Shown one piece after another: positions 19,149 through 29,332 of a stretch of 64,000 nucleotides of DNA. Both the position numbers and the translations under genes were made by a program. The notes beneath the pieces were generated by a model. That model searched no databases and had not been told where the DNA came from. It was given only the letters and a program-made list of their open reading frames with translations. This DNA comes from Methanobacteriota archaeon (GTDB lineage: Archaea > Thermoplasmatota > Thermoplasmata > SG8-5 > JAGLSY01), in NCBI GenBank assembly GCA_020697715.1, contig JAEHCO010000003.1, positions 105,908 through 169,907 on the forward strand, in the 5' to 3' direction. Each line of letters opens with the position of its first letter. Position 1 is the stretch's first letter.

Positions 19149-21755
19149 ATGACTGTGAAATATGTATATGCCTTCTCAGAGGGCAATGCTGGCATGAAAG
19201 AATTGATGGGGGGCAAGGGAGCCAATCTTGCAGAGATGACCAAGATAGGGATCAATGTTCCACCTGGCTTCACATTAACCACCGAGGCTTGCAATCAATT
19301 CCAGGATTCTGGAGAGATACTGGATGGGACATGGAAACAGGTTCTGAAGGCGATCAAGAAGCTGGAGACCCAAACAGGTAAAGGCCTTGGAGATTCCAAA
19401 AATCCTCTGTTACTATCAGTCCGTTCTGGAGCCCCGGTCTCGATGCCTGGTATGATGGACACCGTGCTGAATCTTGGACTTAATGCGGAAACAGTGAAAG
19501 GAATGATAGAGAAGACAAATAATGAGAGATTTGTCTATGATTCATATCGCAGGTTCATACACATGTTCTCCAATGTTGTCCTGGGACTGCCGCATTCTCA
19601 ATTTGACGAGACACTGGACAAGTCCAAGGCCGATGCTGGAGTGGAACTGGACAGCGAGCTCGATGCTGACCAATTGAAGAAATTGGTTGAAGATTATAAG
19701 GCGATAGTCAGTGCATCTGGTCTTGAATGGCCAGATGATCCACTCATGCAATTGAGATTGTCCATCGAGGCCGTCTTCAAGTCTTGGGACTTAAAGAGAG
19801 CCAGGGTGTACAGGGAGGCCAATGACATACCTCACAATTTGGGCACAGCGGTCAATGTACAATCCATGGTCTTCGGCAATATGGGCCAGAGTTCAGGAAC
19901 AGGAGTCACTTTCAGCAGGAACCCATCCACTGGCGAGAATAAGATATATGGCGAATATCTGATGAACGCCCAGGGTGAAGATGTAGTAGCTGGCATAAGG
20001 ACACCTCTTCCAATATCCCATATGGAGAAAGCCCTTCCAGATATCTACAAGAAATTCTGGGATATCGTAGACAGGTGCGAGAAGCATTATGGGGATATGC
20101 AGGACATGGAGTTCACCATAGAAGAAGGCGAACTGTTCATTTTACAAACAAGGACTGGCAAGCGCACGGCAGCCGCAGCTATCAAGATTGCCGTGGACAT
20201 GGTGATCGAAGGCATAATTCCAAGAGAAGAGGCTCTAATGCGTATCGAGCCATCTGCCCTTAATCAGCTTCTTCACAAGCGCCTGGACCTATCAGGCGGA
20301 GAAAAAGAAGCGGCAACTGGCCTGCCCGCATCTCCAGGAGCAGCCGCGGGTGAGGTGGTCTTCAATGCGGATGAAGCACAACGTCTGAAAGAAGAGGAAG
20401 GAAAAGATGTAATTCTGGTATCGCCAGAGACATCGCCAGAGGACATTCATGGAATGATCGCTTCCGAAGGAATTCTAACATCAAGAGGTGGTATGACATC
20501 CCATGCGGCCGTGGTGGCCAGAGGAATGGGCAAGCCCTGCATCTGTGGTTGTGATGACCTGAAGATCGGAAAAGGCGAATGCTATATCGACGACCTCGTG
20601 ATAAAAGAGGGCGATTGGGTCACATTGGACGGTACAACTGGCAAGGTTTACAAAGGTCAGGTTCACACTATCGATCCCGAGATGACATCGGAATTCAAAG
20701 TATTCATGAACTGGGCTGATTCTATCAGCAGAATGACGGTGAAGACCAATGCCGAAGTTCCGGCTGATGTTCAAATTGCGAAGGACTTCGGAGCAGAAGG
20801 AATAGGTCTGGCAAGGACCGAGCACATGTTCTTCGGCGAGGACCGCCTACCGTGGATGAGAAGGATGGTACTGGCATCGACCCCTGAAGAAAGGCAGAAG
20901 GCACTGGATAAGCTTCTGCCGATGCAGAGAAAGGATTTCGAAGAGATATTCACGATAATGGACGGATTGCCAGTTATAATTCGATTACTGGACCCGCCAC
21001 TGCACGAGTTCCTTCCAAAGGACAGCGACGAGATCAAAGAGCTGTCCAAGACGCTGGACATACCTGTGAAGACCATCGAGGACACCATAGAGAACCAGCA
21101 TGAGTTCAATCCCATGCTGGGCTTCCGAGGTTGCAGGCTGGGCATCATGTATCCGGAAATAAACGCGATGCAGGCCAGAGCGATATTCGAGGCTGGCCTT
21201 GCTGTTCAGGAAAAGGGCATCAAGCCAATTATCCAAGTGGAGATCCCGCTCATCGGGAAATTGGAGGAGTTCAGGATGATAAATGACATCATCAAGGAGG
21301 TTGCCGTCGATATGCAGATAGCCGGTAAGCTGGACTACCAGATCGGGACCATGATAGAGGTTCCGAGGGCCGCTCTCACCGCGGATGAGATCGCTGTCGA
21401 AGTGGATTTCATGTCCTTCGGCACGAATGACCTCACTCAAATGACATGCGGACTGTCACGGGATGATGCTGGCAAGTTCCTGGGCATCTATGTTGATAAG
21501 GAAATTTATGACCGTGATCCATTCGAATCCATTGACCAGACTGGTGTTGGATTGCTTATGAAGATATGCGTGGAAAAGGCCAGGAAGATCAAGCCCGATA
21601 TGGAGATCGGCATATGTGGGGAACATGGAGGAGAACCAGAATCCGTCAAGTTCTGCCATCGCATCGGGATCAATGATGTCAGTTGCTCACCATTCCGTGT
21701 GCCAATTGCGAAGCTGGCCGCCGCTCAGGCTGTCATCGAGGAAAGGATGAAATAA
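19149..21755 (+). CDS. ppdK: Pyruvate phosphate dikinase
   Basis: 868 aa. N-terminal GGKGANLAEM. Phosphohistidine domain GGMTSHAAVVARG. C-terminal PEP-utilising domain. Confidence 0.92.
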   Translation: MTVKYVYAFSEGNAGMKELMGGKGANLAEMTKIGINVPPGFTLTTEACNQFQDSGEILDGTWKQVLKAIKKLETQTGKGLGDSKNPLLLSVRSGAPVSMPGMMDTVLNLGLNAETVKGMIEKTNNERFVYDSYRRFIHMFSNVVLGLPHSQFDETLDKSKADAGVELDSELDADQLKKLVEDYKAIVSASGLEWPDDPLMQLRLSIEAVFKSWDLKRARVYREANDIPHNLGTAVNVQSMVFGNMGQSSGTGVTFSRNPSTGENKIYGEYLMNAQGEDVVAGIRTPLPISHMEKALPDIYKKFWDIVDRCEKHYGDMQDMEFTIEEGELFILQTRTGKRTAAAAIKIAVDMVIEGIIPREEALMRIEPSALNQLLHKRLDLSGGEKEAATGLPASPGAAAGEVVFNADEAQRLKEEEGKDVILVSPETSPEDIHGMIASEGILTSRGGMTSHAAVVARGMGKPCICGCDDLKIGKGECYIDDLVIKEGDWVTLDGTTGKVYKGQVHTIDPEMTSEFKVFMNWADSISRMTVKTNAEVPADVQIAKDFGAEGIGLARTEHMFFGEDRLPWMRRMVLASTPEERQKALDKLLPMQRKDFEEIFTIMDGLPVIIRLLDPPLHEFLPKDSDEIKELSKTLDIPVKTIEDTIENQHEFNPMLGFRGCRLGIMYPEINAMQARAIFEAGLAVQEKGIKPIIQVEIPLIGKLEEFRMINDIIKEVAVDMQIAGKLDYQIGTMIEVPRAALTADEIAVEVDFMSFGTNDLTQMTCGLSRDDAGKFLGIYVDKEIYDRDPFESIDQTGVGLLMKICVEKARKIKPDMEIGICGEHGGEPESVKFCHRIGINDVSCSPFRVPIAKLAAAQAVIEERMK

Positions 21756-21778
21756 TAGATATCCAATGAAACAAAAAG

Positions 21779-21853
21779 TAGCGGGGAGTCGATTTGAACG
21801 ACTGATCTTCGGGTTATGAGCCCGACGGGATTTCCTGGCTACCCCACCCCGCT
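21779..21853 (-). tRNA. Initiator tRNA-Met (anticodon CAU)
   Basis: Manual fold. A1:U72 acceptor pair. Anticodon loop CUCAUAA. Three G-C pairs at the base of the anticodon stem (GGG/CCC). T-loop UUCAAAU and U8. Confidence 0.8.
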
Positions 21854-21985
21854 ATGGTGATAAAAGTAGTATCATCCCGAATGCCCATTCTTTAATAAAC
21901 CTATCGGCTTTTAAATATTATCATTACTAGACAAAATTAAATATCATCATCCCATTCCAAAATTATATCAATTGGAGTTGAAAAA

Positions 21986-22771
21986 ATGGACTGGGGTATG
22001 AAAAATCGTTTGTCAAAGATAATCAAACCAAAGGATGGAAGGACTGTAATGCTGGCCGTGGATCACGGCTATTTCATGGGGCCGACAACTGGCCTGGATC
22101 ACTTCACCGATATGGTGAACCCGCTCATCCCGCACGCGGACACCTTGATGCTAACACGTGGAGCATTAAGGAACTGGGTAGACCCAAACACAGATGTGCC
22201 AATAGTCCTCAGGGTCTCTGGCGGGACCAGTATTCTGAATGATGACATGCTTCATGAAGGTCAGGTATGCTCCATTGAGGACGCGATACGCCTCAATGTC
22301 TCGGGTGTTGCTTGGTCCATACTGGTGGGTGCGAAATACGAGCGTGACACAGTACTTGGGTTCACCGAGGTCATTGACCAGTGCGAGGAATACGGCATCC
22401 CGATGATAGCTGTCACGGCTGTCGGGAAGGACATGGTACGAGATGCCAGATACATGGCTCTGGCCTCAAGAATGGCAGCCGAGTTGGGTGCTCATATTGT
22501 CAAGACATATTTTGTCGATGGCTTTGAAAAGGTCGTCGATTCCTGTCCAGTGCCGATAGTCATAGCAGGTGGGAAGAAACAGCCCGAGGCTGATGCACTG
22601 AAGATGGCGCATGCCGCGATAGAGGCAGGCGCAATTGGTGTGGACATGGGAAGGAACATATTCCAGAGTGAGAGCCCAGTCGCCATGATCCAGGCGGTCA
22701 ATGCTGTCGTGCACGATAACCATACGCCACAGGAAGCATTTGAGCTGTTCAACAAACTGAAGACCCAGTAG
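21986..22771 (+). CDS. DhnA-type class I aldolase (archaeal fructose-bisphosphate aldolase or ADH synthase family)
   Basis: 261 aa TIM-barrel aldolase with Schiff-base Lys in a HIVKTYF context. Its first 40 residues match archaeal FbaA/AroA'. Confidence 0.7.
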   Translation: MDWGMKNRLSKIIKPKDGRTVMLAVDHGYFMGPTTGLDHFTDMVNPLIPHADTLMLTRGALRNWVDPNTDVPIVLRVSGGTSILNDDMLHEGQVCSIEDAIRLNVSGVAWSILVGAKYERDTVLGFTEVIDQCEEYGIPMIAVTAVGKDMVRDARYMALASRMAAELGAHIVKTYFVDGFEKVVDSCPVPIVIAGGKKQPEADALKMAHAAIEAGAIGVDMGRNIFQSESPVAMIQAVNAVVHDNHTPQEAFELFNKLKTQ

Positions 22772-22808
22772 AGCAGATTCCCAACATTTGCATGCGTAAT
22801 TCTGCGAA

Positions 22809-22872
22809 CATGCCCCGTCCCGAGAGACGCAGGGTCGGGGTACTGCATTCTTTATCTCAGTGAGTGACAGCG
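22809..22872. repeat. Intergenic repeat element, copy 1 (ATGCCCCG hairpin CGGGGTACT followed by a TATCTCAGTGAGTGACAG core)
   Basis: Shares an ordered set of motifs with the segments at 59792-59920 and 62633-62808. All three lie immediately 3' of plus-strand genes. Confidence 0.6.
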
Positions 22873-22990
22873 ATGTGTATGCAAAGAAATTACCCACTCG
22901 CCTTAAAAGCGAGTGGTCAAATCAAACCCCGCCTCGATCAAAGCAGGGGCGGAGTCTTTATCCACACCCAGCTTGACAAACCTATCCTAT

Positions 22991-23605
22991 CTACACCCAA
23001 AACGCCATCATGAAATAGATGCCGAACACCACGAGGACCGCTCCGCAAACTCCGAATATGATGGCATGGCTTTTGTCTGTCCAGAGATCCTTGCTCCTGT
23101 GCACGGAATAGGATAAGAACCAATCCCACAGCACGTCGCATGTTTCATGAACTATCACGAAGGCGACTATCCCTATCCAGCCGAATTCCAATGCTCCGAT
23201 TATCAGGGTGGCTCCAATTGTCGCCCACCATAGAATGAAATACGGGTTGCCAACAGTCGTGATTATCCCGGCCAGGATGGGATGGCCGGGGAATGCTTTC
23301 TCCACCACTTCTTTTTCCTCGCGCATCCTGATCATCTGGATGCCCATGTACAGTAGAAGTGCTCCTCCGCCAACTCCGATAATCCCCTGAACCCAGTTAT
23401 CTGTTAGAACATAATAAAACCCCATCGCTATCAGGGCGATGAGTGGGATCTCGATCATCAGATGACCAAGGGCGATCCACAATCCCGCGTGCTTATTTTC
23501 CGAGCCCTTGGCTATTGCGGCGACCATGACTGGCCCTGGCATCATCACGCCGGATAGCGAGATAATGCCCACAGCTCCCAGAAATGCCCAGAATTCCCAA
23601 TTCAT
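22991..23605 (-). CDS. LysE/RhtB-family amino-acid exporter
   Basis: 204 aa with six predicted TM segments. N-terminal GPVM motif typical of LysE-type translocators. Confidence 0.6.
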   Translation of the reverse strand: MNWEFWAFLGAVGIISLSGVMMPGPVMVAAIAKGSENKHAGLWIALGHLMIEIPLIALIAMGFYYVLTDNWVQGIIGVGGGALLLYMGIQMIRMREEKEVVEKAFPGHPILAGIITTVGNPYFILWWATIGATLIIGALEFGWIGIVAFVIVHETCDVLWDWFLSYSVHRSKDLWTDKSHAIIFGVCGAVLVVFGIYFMMAFWV

Positions 23606-23710
23606 TGTTGAGGAATTGAATTTTGATATTAAGGTTTATGGCCTGAGGTGTTCCAAAATATTAATTATCCTGCTACCTATCATCTTGCGAGGGAAATTGA
23701 AATGCAGAAG

Positions 23711-23866
23711 ATGAAATGTACGATATGTGGCTGGATATATGATCCTGTTGCTGGAGTTCCAAATGCGGATGTAGCACCAGGCACGTCCTGGGAAGATGTG
23801 GATGCGGAATTCCGATGCCCCGAATGCGGGGCAGTGAAGAAATGGTTCCAGCCTGTGGACGAGTGA
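23711..23866 (+). CDS. rub: Rubredoxin
   Basis: CTICGWIYDP...CPECGA gives two CxxCG knuckles. The ORF track extends it upstream to 23648, but rubredoxins normally begin MKCxxCG. Confidence 0.8.
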   Translation: MKCTICGWIYDPVAGVPNADVAPGTSWEDVDAEFRCPECGAVKKWFQPVDE

Positions 23867-23870
23867 ATAT

Positions 23871-24275
23871 ATGGAATACAAGAATCCCGCACTGACCGTC
23901 GATGGAATAATCATCATCGACGGCAAGCTCCTTCTTATCAAGCGTGGCAGAGAGCCCTTCAAGGGTCAATATGCTTTACCGGGCGGTTTTGTAGAAGTTG
24001 GTGAACGTGTGGAGGAAGCCGTTGAGCGCGAGGCCAAGGAAGAGACTGGTCTCGATACCGAAGTGCGTGATCTGATAGGCGTGTATTCCGCCCCTGATCG
24101 AGATCCTCGAGGTCACACTGTTTCAGTTGTGTTTTCCCTGGATATAATTGGTGGTCGGATGAAGGCCGGTGACGATGCCTGTGATATCAAATTGTTCGAT
24201 CTGGATGCATTGCCAGAGCTGGCTTTTGACCATTCTAAAATAGTAGAAGATTATCTTGCCGATAGTTTAGGGTGA
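23871..24275 (+). CDS. NUDIX hydrolase (ADP-ribose pyrophosphatase-like)
   Basis: Nudix box GGFVEVGERVEEAVEREAKEETG. Confidence 0.8.
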   Translation: MEYKNPALTVDGIIIIDGKLLLIKRGREPFKGQYALPGGFVEVGERVEEAVEREAKEETGLDTEVRDLIGVYSAPDRDPRGHTVSVVFSLDIIGGRMKAGDDACDIKLFDLDALPELAFDHSKIVEDYLADSLG

Positions 24276-24315
24276 TGTTGCAGTATCCGCTATTGAAAAT
24301 GGATGCCTGGCTAAT

Positions 24316-24534
24316 TCATTCCCTTCTCGTGCTCACGGTATAGATGGCCTTCGTGCCCTTGAGCATGGAATGAAGTTTCTGCAGGATCTCTCCGTATTCT
24401 TCGGGAGTTGCGAAATCCATTACAAAATCATAGTCGCCCACATAAGGTGCGAAGCCCATTTCCTCAGCTATCTTGATTATGTCGAGAACTGAAGACCCGT
24501 CCGAGTTGATGAATATCTTTAGATAAACTTTCAT
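24316..24534 (-). CDS. Small hypothetical protein (72 aa)
   Basis: ORF with good coding appearance. No motif recognised. Confidence 0.35.
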   Translation of the reverse strand: MKVYLKIFINSDGSSVLDIIKIAEEMGFAPYVGDYDFVMDFATPEEYGEILQKLHSMLKGTKAIYTVSTRRE

Positions 24535-24678
24535 TAAAGACCAGTATACCAGTGCGGGATAAATATGTTACTGCCATTATAGCCAATTCATCAATATCAA
24601 AATGCATATTATGATATTATCATCAATATTGTGCATCAAAAAGCAAAGCCAGTTACCAAGGATCCATAACAGATCTTA

Positions 24679-25311
24679 TCAACCGGCGGCGTCCCCTTGC
24701 TTGTCCTCATCGGGTGTTTCTAATTCTGTATCATCCGATAGTAGCCATGGTAATCCGTATTCATGGGCATAGATGTACATGGTTCCGAACAGAGGCACGA
24801 AAATAAGAGTGCTGAGAATGTGGATGATGGTGAAAGGCACCTGCGCCATGAGCACGACCTCGATATTCATGTCTGGGACTATCATCTTGTAACCGATAAT
24901 GGTCCAGAGGTCGTACAATATCGTTAGTACGACCGCCACTCCCGTGAAGACTGCCACCCCCTTCATCCTGTAAAGGAAAGTGGGCTTCATTCGTGTTCCC
25001 ATATAGCCTACGAATATCATGCCAGTCCATGTGAAGAGCGATATGCCGACCAGTTGCTGCCATGAGAATGTCATTCCATAATGCATGGCATTGATGGCCC
25101 AGTCAGATAATGCCATGATCGCAAGGGGTACTATGAAGGCCCACAGTCCACCCAGAACAAGACCAGCTATCATGGATATGGCAAGAACTGGCTCGATATT
25201 CGCGTACTTTGCCATGATGATCCTGAGAAGTATTCCTGAGATTATGAACAGCAGTGCCTGTTGCACCTTTCTCGGGCTCGTATCCAGCTTGAACACTTTC
25301 TTCAGTTTCAT
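24679..25311 (-). CDS. Integral membrane protein, possibly an ECF-transporter S-component-like protein
   Basis: 210 aa with 5-6 hydrophobic helices and an acidic C-terminus. Immediately downstream of a DUF4430-like gene. Confidence 0.4.
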   Translation of the reverse strand: MKLKKVFKLDTSPRKVQQALLFIISGILLRIIMAKYANIEPVLAISMIAGLVLGGLWAFIVPLAIMALSDWAINAMHYGMTFSWQQLVGISLFTWTGMIFVGYMGTRMKPTFLYRMKGVAVFTGVAVVLTILYDLWTIIGYKMIVPDMNIEVVLMAQVPFTIIHILSTLIFVPLFGTMYIYAHEYGLPWLLSDDTELETPDEDKQGDAAG

Positions 25312-25321
25312 TTTATCTCCA

Positions 25322-26179
25322 TCATCCTGTCCAGGTTTCGAATACCCATTCTACTGAATCCCCATCCTGAAGAACATACTGGCCCGCGCCTACAGGTCCG
25401 TATTCTCCATCGATATACCATATCCAGTAATAGGCCGAGGTGTCATCGATCCCACCGACCGTGCTTCCTGGTGAGATGCCTTCGATCCCATTGACGAACT
25501 CGCCCCATCCGAAATCCTGCATATCGAGGCTGTCATATCCAACCGCCTCTTCTAAGGCTCCAAGAGCTGTGTAATTGTCTGTTATCATCGTATGGTTCTG
25601 ATAGGTTCCATTGCCGAAGTTGATTATCACTTCGACAGAGATGCCAGTTTGTTCAAAAACACCACTCGGACCGTCAGCAACTATGAAATTAACATCTATC
25701 TCCTGGCCATCATGCACTATGGCGATATCATCCTTCGCGACAAAGGACTCGTTGGTCACTGGAGCCTGAAATCCATCGAAGGAATAGGACCACCACATGC
25801 TGGCCGTATCCCCTATTCCCTGTACCGTGACATTGTTAGCCACATTGTTAATTGACTCAAGATATGCGACGCCTTCCATGCTGCGTCCCATCTCGAACAT
25901 GTCATCTCCGATACTGGCCGCCAGCACTCCAGGAAGCGTGTTATTGGTCGTGGTCACATTGTGCCATTCCACATCCCCATTCCCATAATCGATGATCAAA
26001 GTCACTGAGATCTCATCGGGATTGATCTCCACTTTATTCATTTCCTGCATGAGAATTATTCCACCGATAGCGGCTCCTATCACCAATGCGACTATGACCA
26101 TGGGCATCCAGCCCAATTCCGCCTTCTCTTCTTCTGCCAATCTGAATCTCTCCATTTCATTCCGAGCTTTTGAATACAA
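25322..26179 (-). CDS. Membrane-anchored protein with a duplicated DUF4430-like extracytoplasmic domain
   Basis: N-terminal TM helix (MPMVIVALVIGAAIGGIIL). Two related halves each end in W..F/W motifs: VEWHNV... and VEWVFETW. Family assignment is by recollection only. Confidence 0.4.
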   Translation of the reverse strand: MYSKARNEMERFRLAEEEKAELGWMPMVIVALVIGAAIGGIILMQEMNKVEINPDEISVTLIIDYGNGDVEWHNVTTTNNTLPGVLAASIGDDMFEMGRSMEGVAYLESINNVANNVTVQGIGDTASMWWSYSFDGFQAPVTNESFVAKDDIAIVHDGQEIDVNFIVADGPSGVFEQTGISVEVIINFGNGTYQNHTMITDNYTALGALEEAVGYDSLDMQDFGWGEFVNGIEGISPGSTVGGIDDTSAYYWIWYIDGEYGPVGAGQYVLQDGDSVEWVFETWTG

Positions 26180-26305
26180 TCACTTCGTTCTCGTATTCAA
26201 TCACCTTTCCACCTCTTTTCGAGGGGTGGACAATATATCCACCCTAAAGCCCATTGGCTATTAAAGGTTTTTGATTTTATTTGTTAAAACTATGTGCTTT
26301 TCCGA

Positions 26306-26917
26306 TCATGCAGTAGTGGATGATATCAAGAGGCCGGAAGCAGCTGCAAAGGCTCCATCTTCTGCCTTTGCCTCACTGTTGCCAGTTCCGATGATGACAA
26401 TGTCCCCATCCTTGAGATCGAAAGTTTCTCTTATCTTATTCGCGACCTGCGGCATCTGATCATCTATATTGAAATGATCTGGAAGTTCAAGACCATCATT
26501 GACGAATAGGATGGTCGTCGCACCACTGGAGCCCGCCTTTATGGCTTCATCTCTCTCCATTATGCCATCCTTTACAGAACTTGCAATTTGTGATAATCTA
26601 ATTGCGAAATCATATTCGTCCACAGTGAGTCCGAATACCTCTATAATAGAGGCCTGAAAGCCAATATCATTCAGATATCTCGAACCTCGATTTGCCAATT
26701 TGAGCCCATCTTCCTTTCTCTGTATGAAGCCATGTTCTTCAAGATGGGATATAAGTCCGCGGGAGCTTCCCTCGCCCAGTTCCAGCCTGGAAGCCAGGCC
26801 CTTGCGGCCTATGGGTCCATATTCTCGAATGATATGTAATGATTTAAAAACATGTAAAGGTCCGAAAAGGGGGGCTGCCCCCCTTTTCGGCATCTCTATC
26901 TCGAATATTCCAGACAT
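26306..26917 (-). CDS. Winged-helix transcriptional regulator with a C-terminal domain of unknown function
   Basis: wHTH segment LHVFKSLHIIREYGPIGRKGLASRLELGEGSSRGLISHLEEHGFIQRKEDG. I shortened the start from the ORF-track 27019 to the internal MSGIF so it no longer overlaps metK. Confidence 0.5.
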   Translation of the reverse strand: MSGIFEIEMPKRGAAPLFGPLHVFKSLHIIREYGPIGRKGLASRLELGEGSSRGLISHLEEHGFIQRKEDGLKLANRGSRYLNDIGFQASIIEVFGLTVDEYDFAIRLSQIASSVKDGIMERDEAIKAGSSGATTILFVNDGLELPDHFNIDDQMPQVANKIRETFDLKDGDIVIIGTGNSEAKAEDGAFAAASGLLISSTTA

Positions 26918-26921
26918 CGGA

Positions 26922-28133
26922 TCAGAAGGTTCCGATCTTGCCCTTGACAACGAGGTTGGTGATCTTGCTGGTATCCTGTAACCAGCCGTCAACGACTCCT
27001 TCGATGTCTGACTTGACATCCTTCATCTTGACACTGTCTGCAAGTTTCACCTTCACACTGGCTGCCTGTGGATTGTTAATTGGCATTCCGATCTGTGATA
27101 GAAGGCGGACATGACATTCCAGTATGTCCCCGCCACCGACCTTTGCAACATCCTGGGCGATCTGATTTGATAATAGATTGTAGATCTTTCCAACATGTGT
27201 CACCGGGTTCTTTCCAGATGTGGCTTCCATGCTCATCGGTCTGTATGGGGTGATCAATCCATTTGCTCTGTTTCCCCTGCCTACTGAACCATCGTCGCCG
27301 TTCTCCATTGATAAACCTGTTACGGTCAGGTAGTAGATACCTTTCTTGTAATCATCAGCTGTATTGACATCCACATTGATCTCACGCTCGGTGAATCTCT
27401 CTGCCTGTTTGTGAACTTTATCTTTGAGCTCCTGAACAACGCTCTTGTAGTGGTCACTATCCGGGATCTCTTTCCCGACCATGGCTGCTGCCACTGTGAT
27501 ATTTATCTTGTTTCCGATCCTGGCTGCCATTACCTTGACATCCTCTCCAACTTCTGGCATGGACTTCTTCAGTCTACCATTGATGTATTGTTCAGCATCC
27601 AAGACGATCGTCTCGGTCTCGCTGAAGGGCGCGTGGCCAACACCGAATGAAGTATCATTGGATAGGAAATCCTTTGGTTTATTATCATAGACACCCATGA
27701 GATCGACCGATCCCTTGCTTATCATGCAGTCCAGCATGACATCTGCATCGACATCCAGGTGTGAGCAGTGCTTCTTCAGATACTTACGGGCGGCCTTAAT
27801 GGCAACCGATCTGTATGGAAGTCTCTCACCGTCCACTTCGGTAGTAGCACGGCCGACAAGAAGAATGTAAACCGGCTCAAGAACAACTCCGCCTCCAAAC
27901 TTAGGAGCTGACTGTCCACCCACGATCTGAGTTTCGTCAGTATTATGATGAAAGATATGATCATATTTTTCAAGGTACATGTTACAAAGGGATCTTGACA
28001 CGGACTCAGCCAGTCCATCGGCTATGCTGTCCGGATGTCCAATTCCCTTTCTCTCTACGATCTCAATTTCCTGCTTCTCGATGTACGTCTGTGCCAAAGG
28101 CTCGACAAAGATATTTCTTTTCATATCAAACAT
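26922..28133 (-). CDS. metK: Archaeal-type S-adenosylmethionine synthetase
   Basis: 403 aa. The N-terminus NIFVEP...[20 protein letters not shown] matches the archaeal MAT family. Confidence 0.9.
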   Translation of the reverse strand: MFDMKRNIFVEPLAQTYIEKQEIEIVERKGIGHPDSIADGLAESVSRSLCNMYLEKYDHIFHHNTDETQIVGGQSAPKFGGGVVLEPVYILLVGRATTEVDGERLPYRSVAIKAARKYLKKHCSHLDVDADVMLDCMISKGSVDLMGVYDNKPKDFLSNDTSFGVGHAPFSETETIVLDAEQYINGRLKKSMPEVGEDVKVMAARIGNKINITVAAAMVGKEIPDSDHYKSVVQELKDKVHKQAERFTEREINVDVNTADDYKKGIYYLTVTGLSMENGDDGSVGRGNRANGLITPYRPMSMEATSGKNPVTHVGKIYNLLSNQIAQDVAKVGGGDILECHVRLLSQIGMPINNPQAASVKVKLADSVKMKDVKSDIEGVVDGWLQDTSKITNLVVKGKIGTF

Positions 28134-28357
28134 TCCTGAGTTATGATTGAATTATCACCAAGCATGGCTTGGGTTGAATTCAATAGGGCTCATATCCCAA
28201 GCTTTTGCATTGGGGAGCCCTTATTAGTCAGCCTGCAAATACGAGAGTTGATAAAACCCTTTCGGTTGAATTTGCTTTTTCCATGCCTAAATATGCATTA
28301 TCGCACTCATCTTTGACAATATCTCTAATATCACTATCTGGATAGCTCTTAGGGGAC

Positions 28358-29272
28358 TCATATTCTAGATACGATATCAACCACAACACTGATATCATTC
28401 AGTGTGAATAAATGAACGCCAGGTGCTCCCATTTCCTTCAGTTTCTGGCACAGCTCGACAGAAAAGTCAATACATACTTTTCTGGCTTCCTCTGGCCCGA
28501 GTCCTTTCAATGACTCTTTCAAACTATTTGGTACATTGGCCTTGAACACTTCTTCCGCAACCTTCACATGCTCGGCCTTGGTGACTGGCCTGATCCCTGG
28601 GATCACTGGAATATCGATGCCTCTCTCTTTCAATTTCTTTACATAATCCGAATAAGCATCTGCATCGAATATCATCTGGGTGATGGCGAAATCCGCTCCT
28701 TTCTTCACCTTCTGTTCCATGACCATGAGCTCCTTGTCCATGTCATCAGCTTCTGGATAGGCCGCTATTCCGATACAGAAATCAGTCTCCATACCGTTCC
28801 TTGGCTGGCTGGTATCTTTGAGATGAATATATCTACCTTTGTTCATATCATCTACCTGGCCCACGAGCTCGGATGCATATTGATTGTGTTGCTCAGGATC
28901 TAGAGGACACTCGGGCTCGCCCTTTATCGGATCACCCAGCACAGCCAGTATATTCCTTATTCCGAAATAAGTATGGTCCACAAGCATATTTTCCACATCA
29001 CGCTTGTTCATGTCCCGGCATCGAAAATGTACCAGGGAGTTCATCCCATACCTCTCGGATATCATGTAGCCAATGGGAATTGTTCCACCGCGCATGCTCC
29101 CCATCGCTCCCTTGGTTATACTGATAAAATCAAGGTCCAGCTTGCTCAATTCTTCTATCTTCTTGAGGATGATCTCCGGGCTCTTCCCATTTCGAGGAGG
29201 GAAGACCTCCACGCTGATGGTGAAATTCTTTTTGGCAAGTATATTGGTTATCTTTTCAGGCTGGAACATCAT
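28358..29272 (-). CDS. metF: Methylenetetrahydrofolate reductase
   Basis: MTHFR motif ISVEVFPPRNG and a TIM-barrel length of 304 aa. Confidence 0.8.
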   Translation of the reverse strand: MMFQPEKITNILAKKNFTISVEVFPPRNGKSPEIILKKIEELSKLDLDFISITKGAMGSMRGGTIPIGYMISERYGMNSLVHFRCRDMNKRDVENMLVDHTYFGIRNILAVLGDPIKGEPECPLDPEQHNQYASELVGQVDDMNKGRYIHLKDTSQPRNGMETDFCIGIAAYPEADDMDKELMVMEQKVKKGADFAITQMIFDADAYSDYVKKLKERGIDIPVIPGIRPVTKAEHVKVAEEVFKANVPNSLKESLKGLGPEEARKVCIDFSVELCQKLKEMGAPGVHLFTLNDISVVVDIVSRI

Positions 29273-29332
29273 AAGCTGGAATACTGCCTTTGATTAAAAA
29301 TCTTTGTTTATCCCAATACATATCTCGGATCA

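Noticed and set aside
26700-26981. Plus-strand ORF sharing the KRGAAPLFG peptide with the minus-strand regulator
   Set aside because: A palindromic DNA segment gives the same peptide on both strands. The minus-strand gene has the wHTH domain and is taken as real.
26918-27019. N-terminal 34 codons of ORF 26306-27019
   Set aside because: They overlap the 3' end of metK. The internal Met gives a non-overlapping start just before the wHTH.
28134-28357. Possible SAM riboswitch upstream of metK
   Set aside because: No S-box consensus elements. Only a generic AGGGCTC...GAGCCCT hairpin, and riboswitches are rare in archaea.
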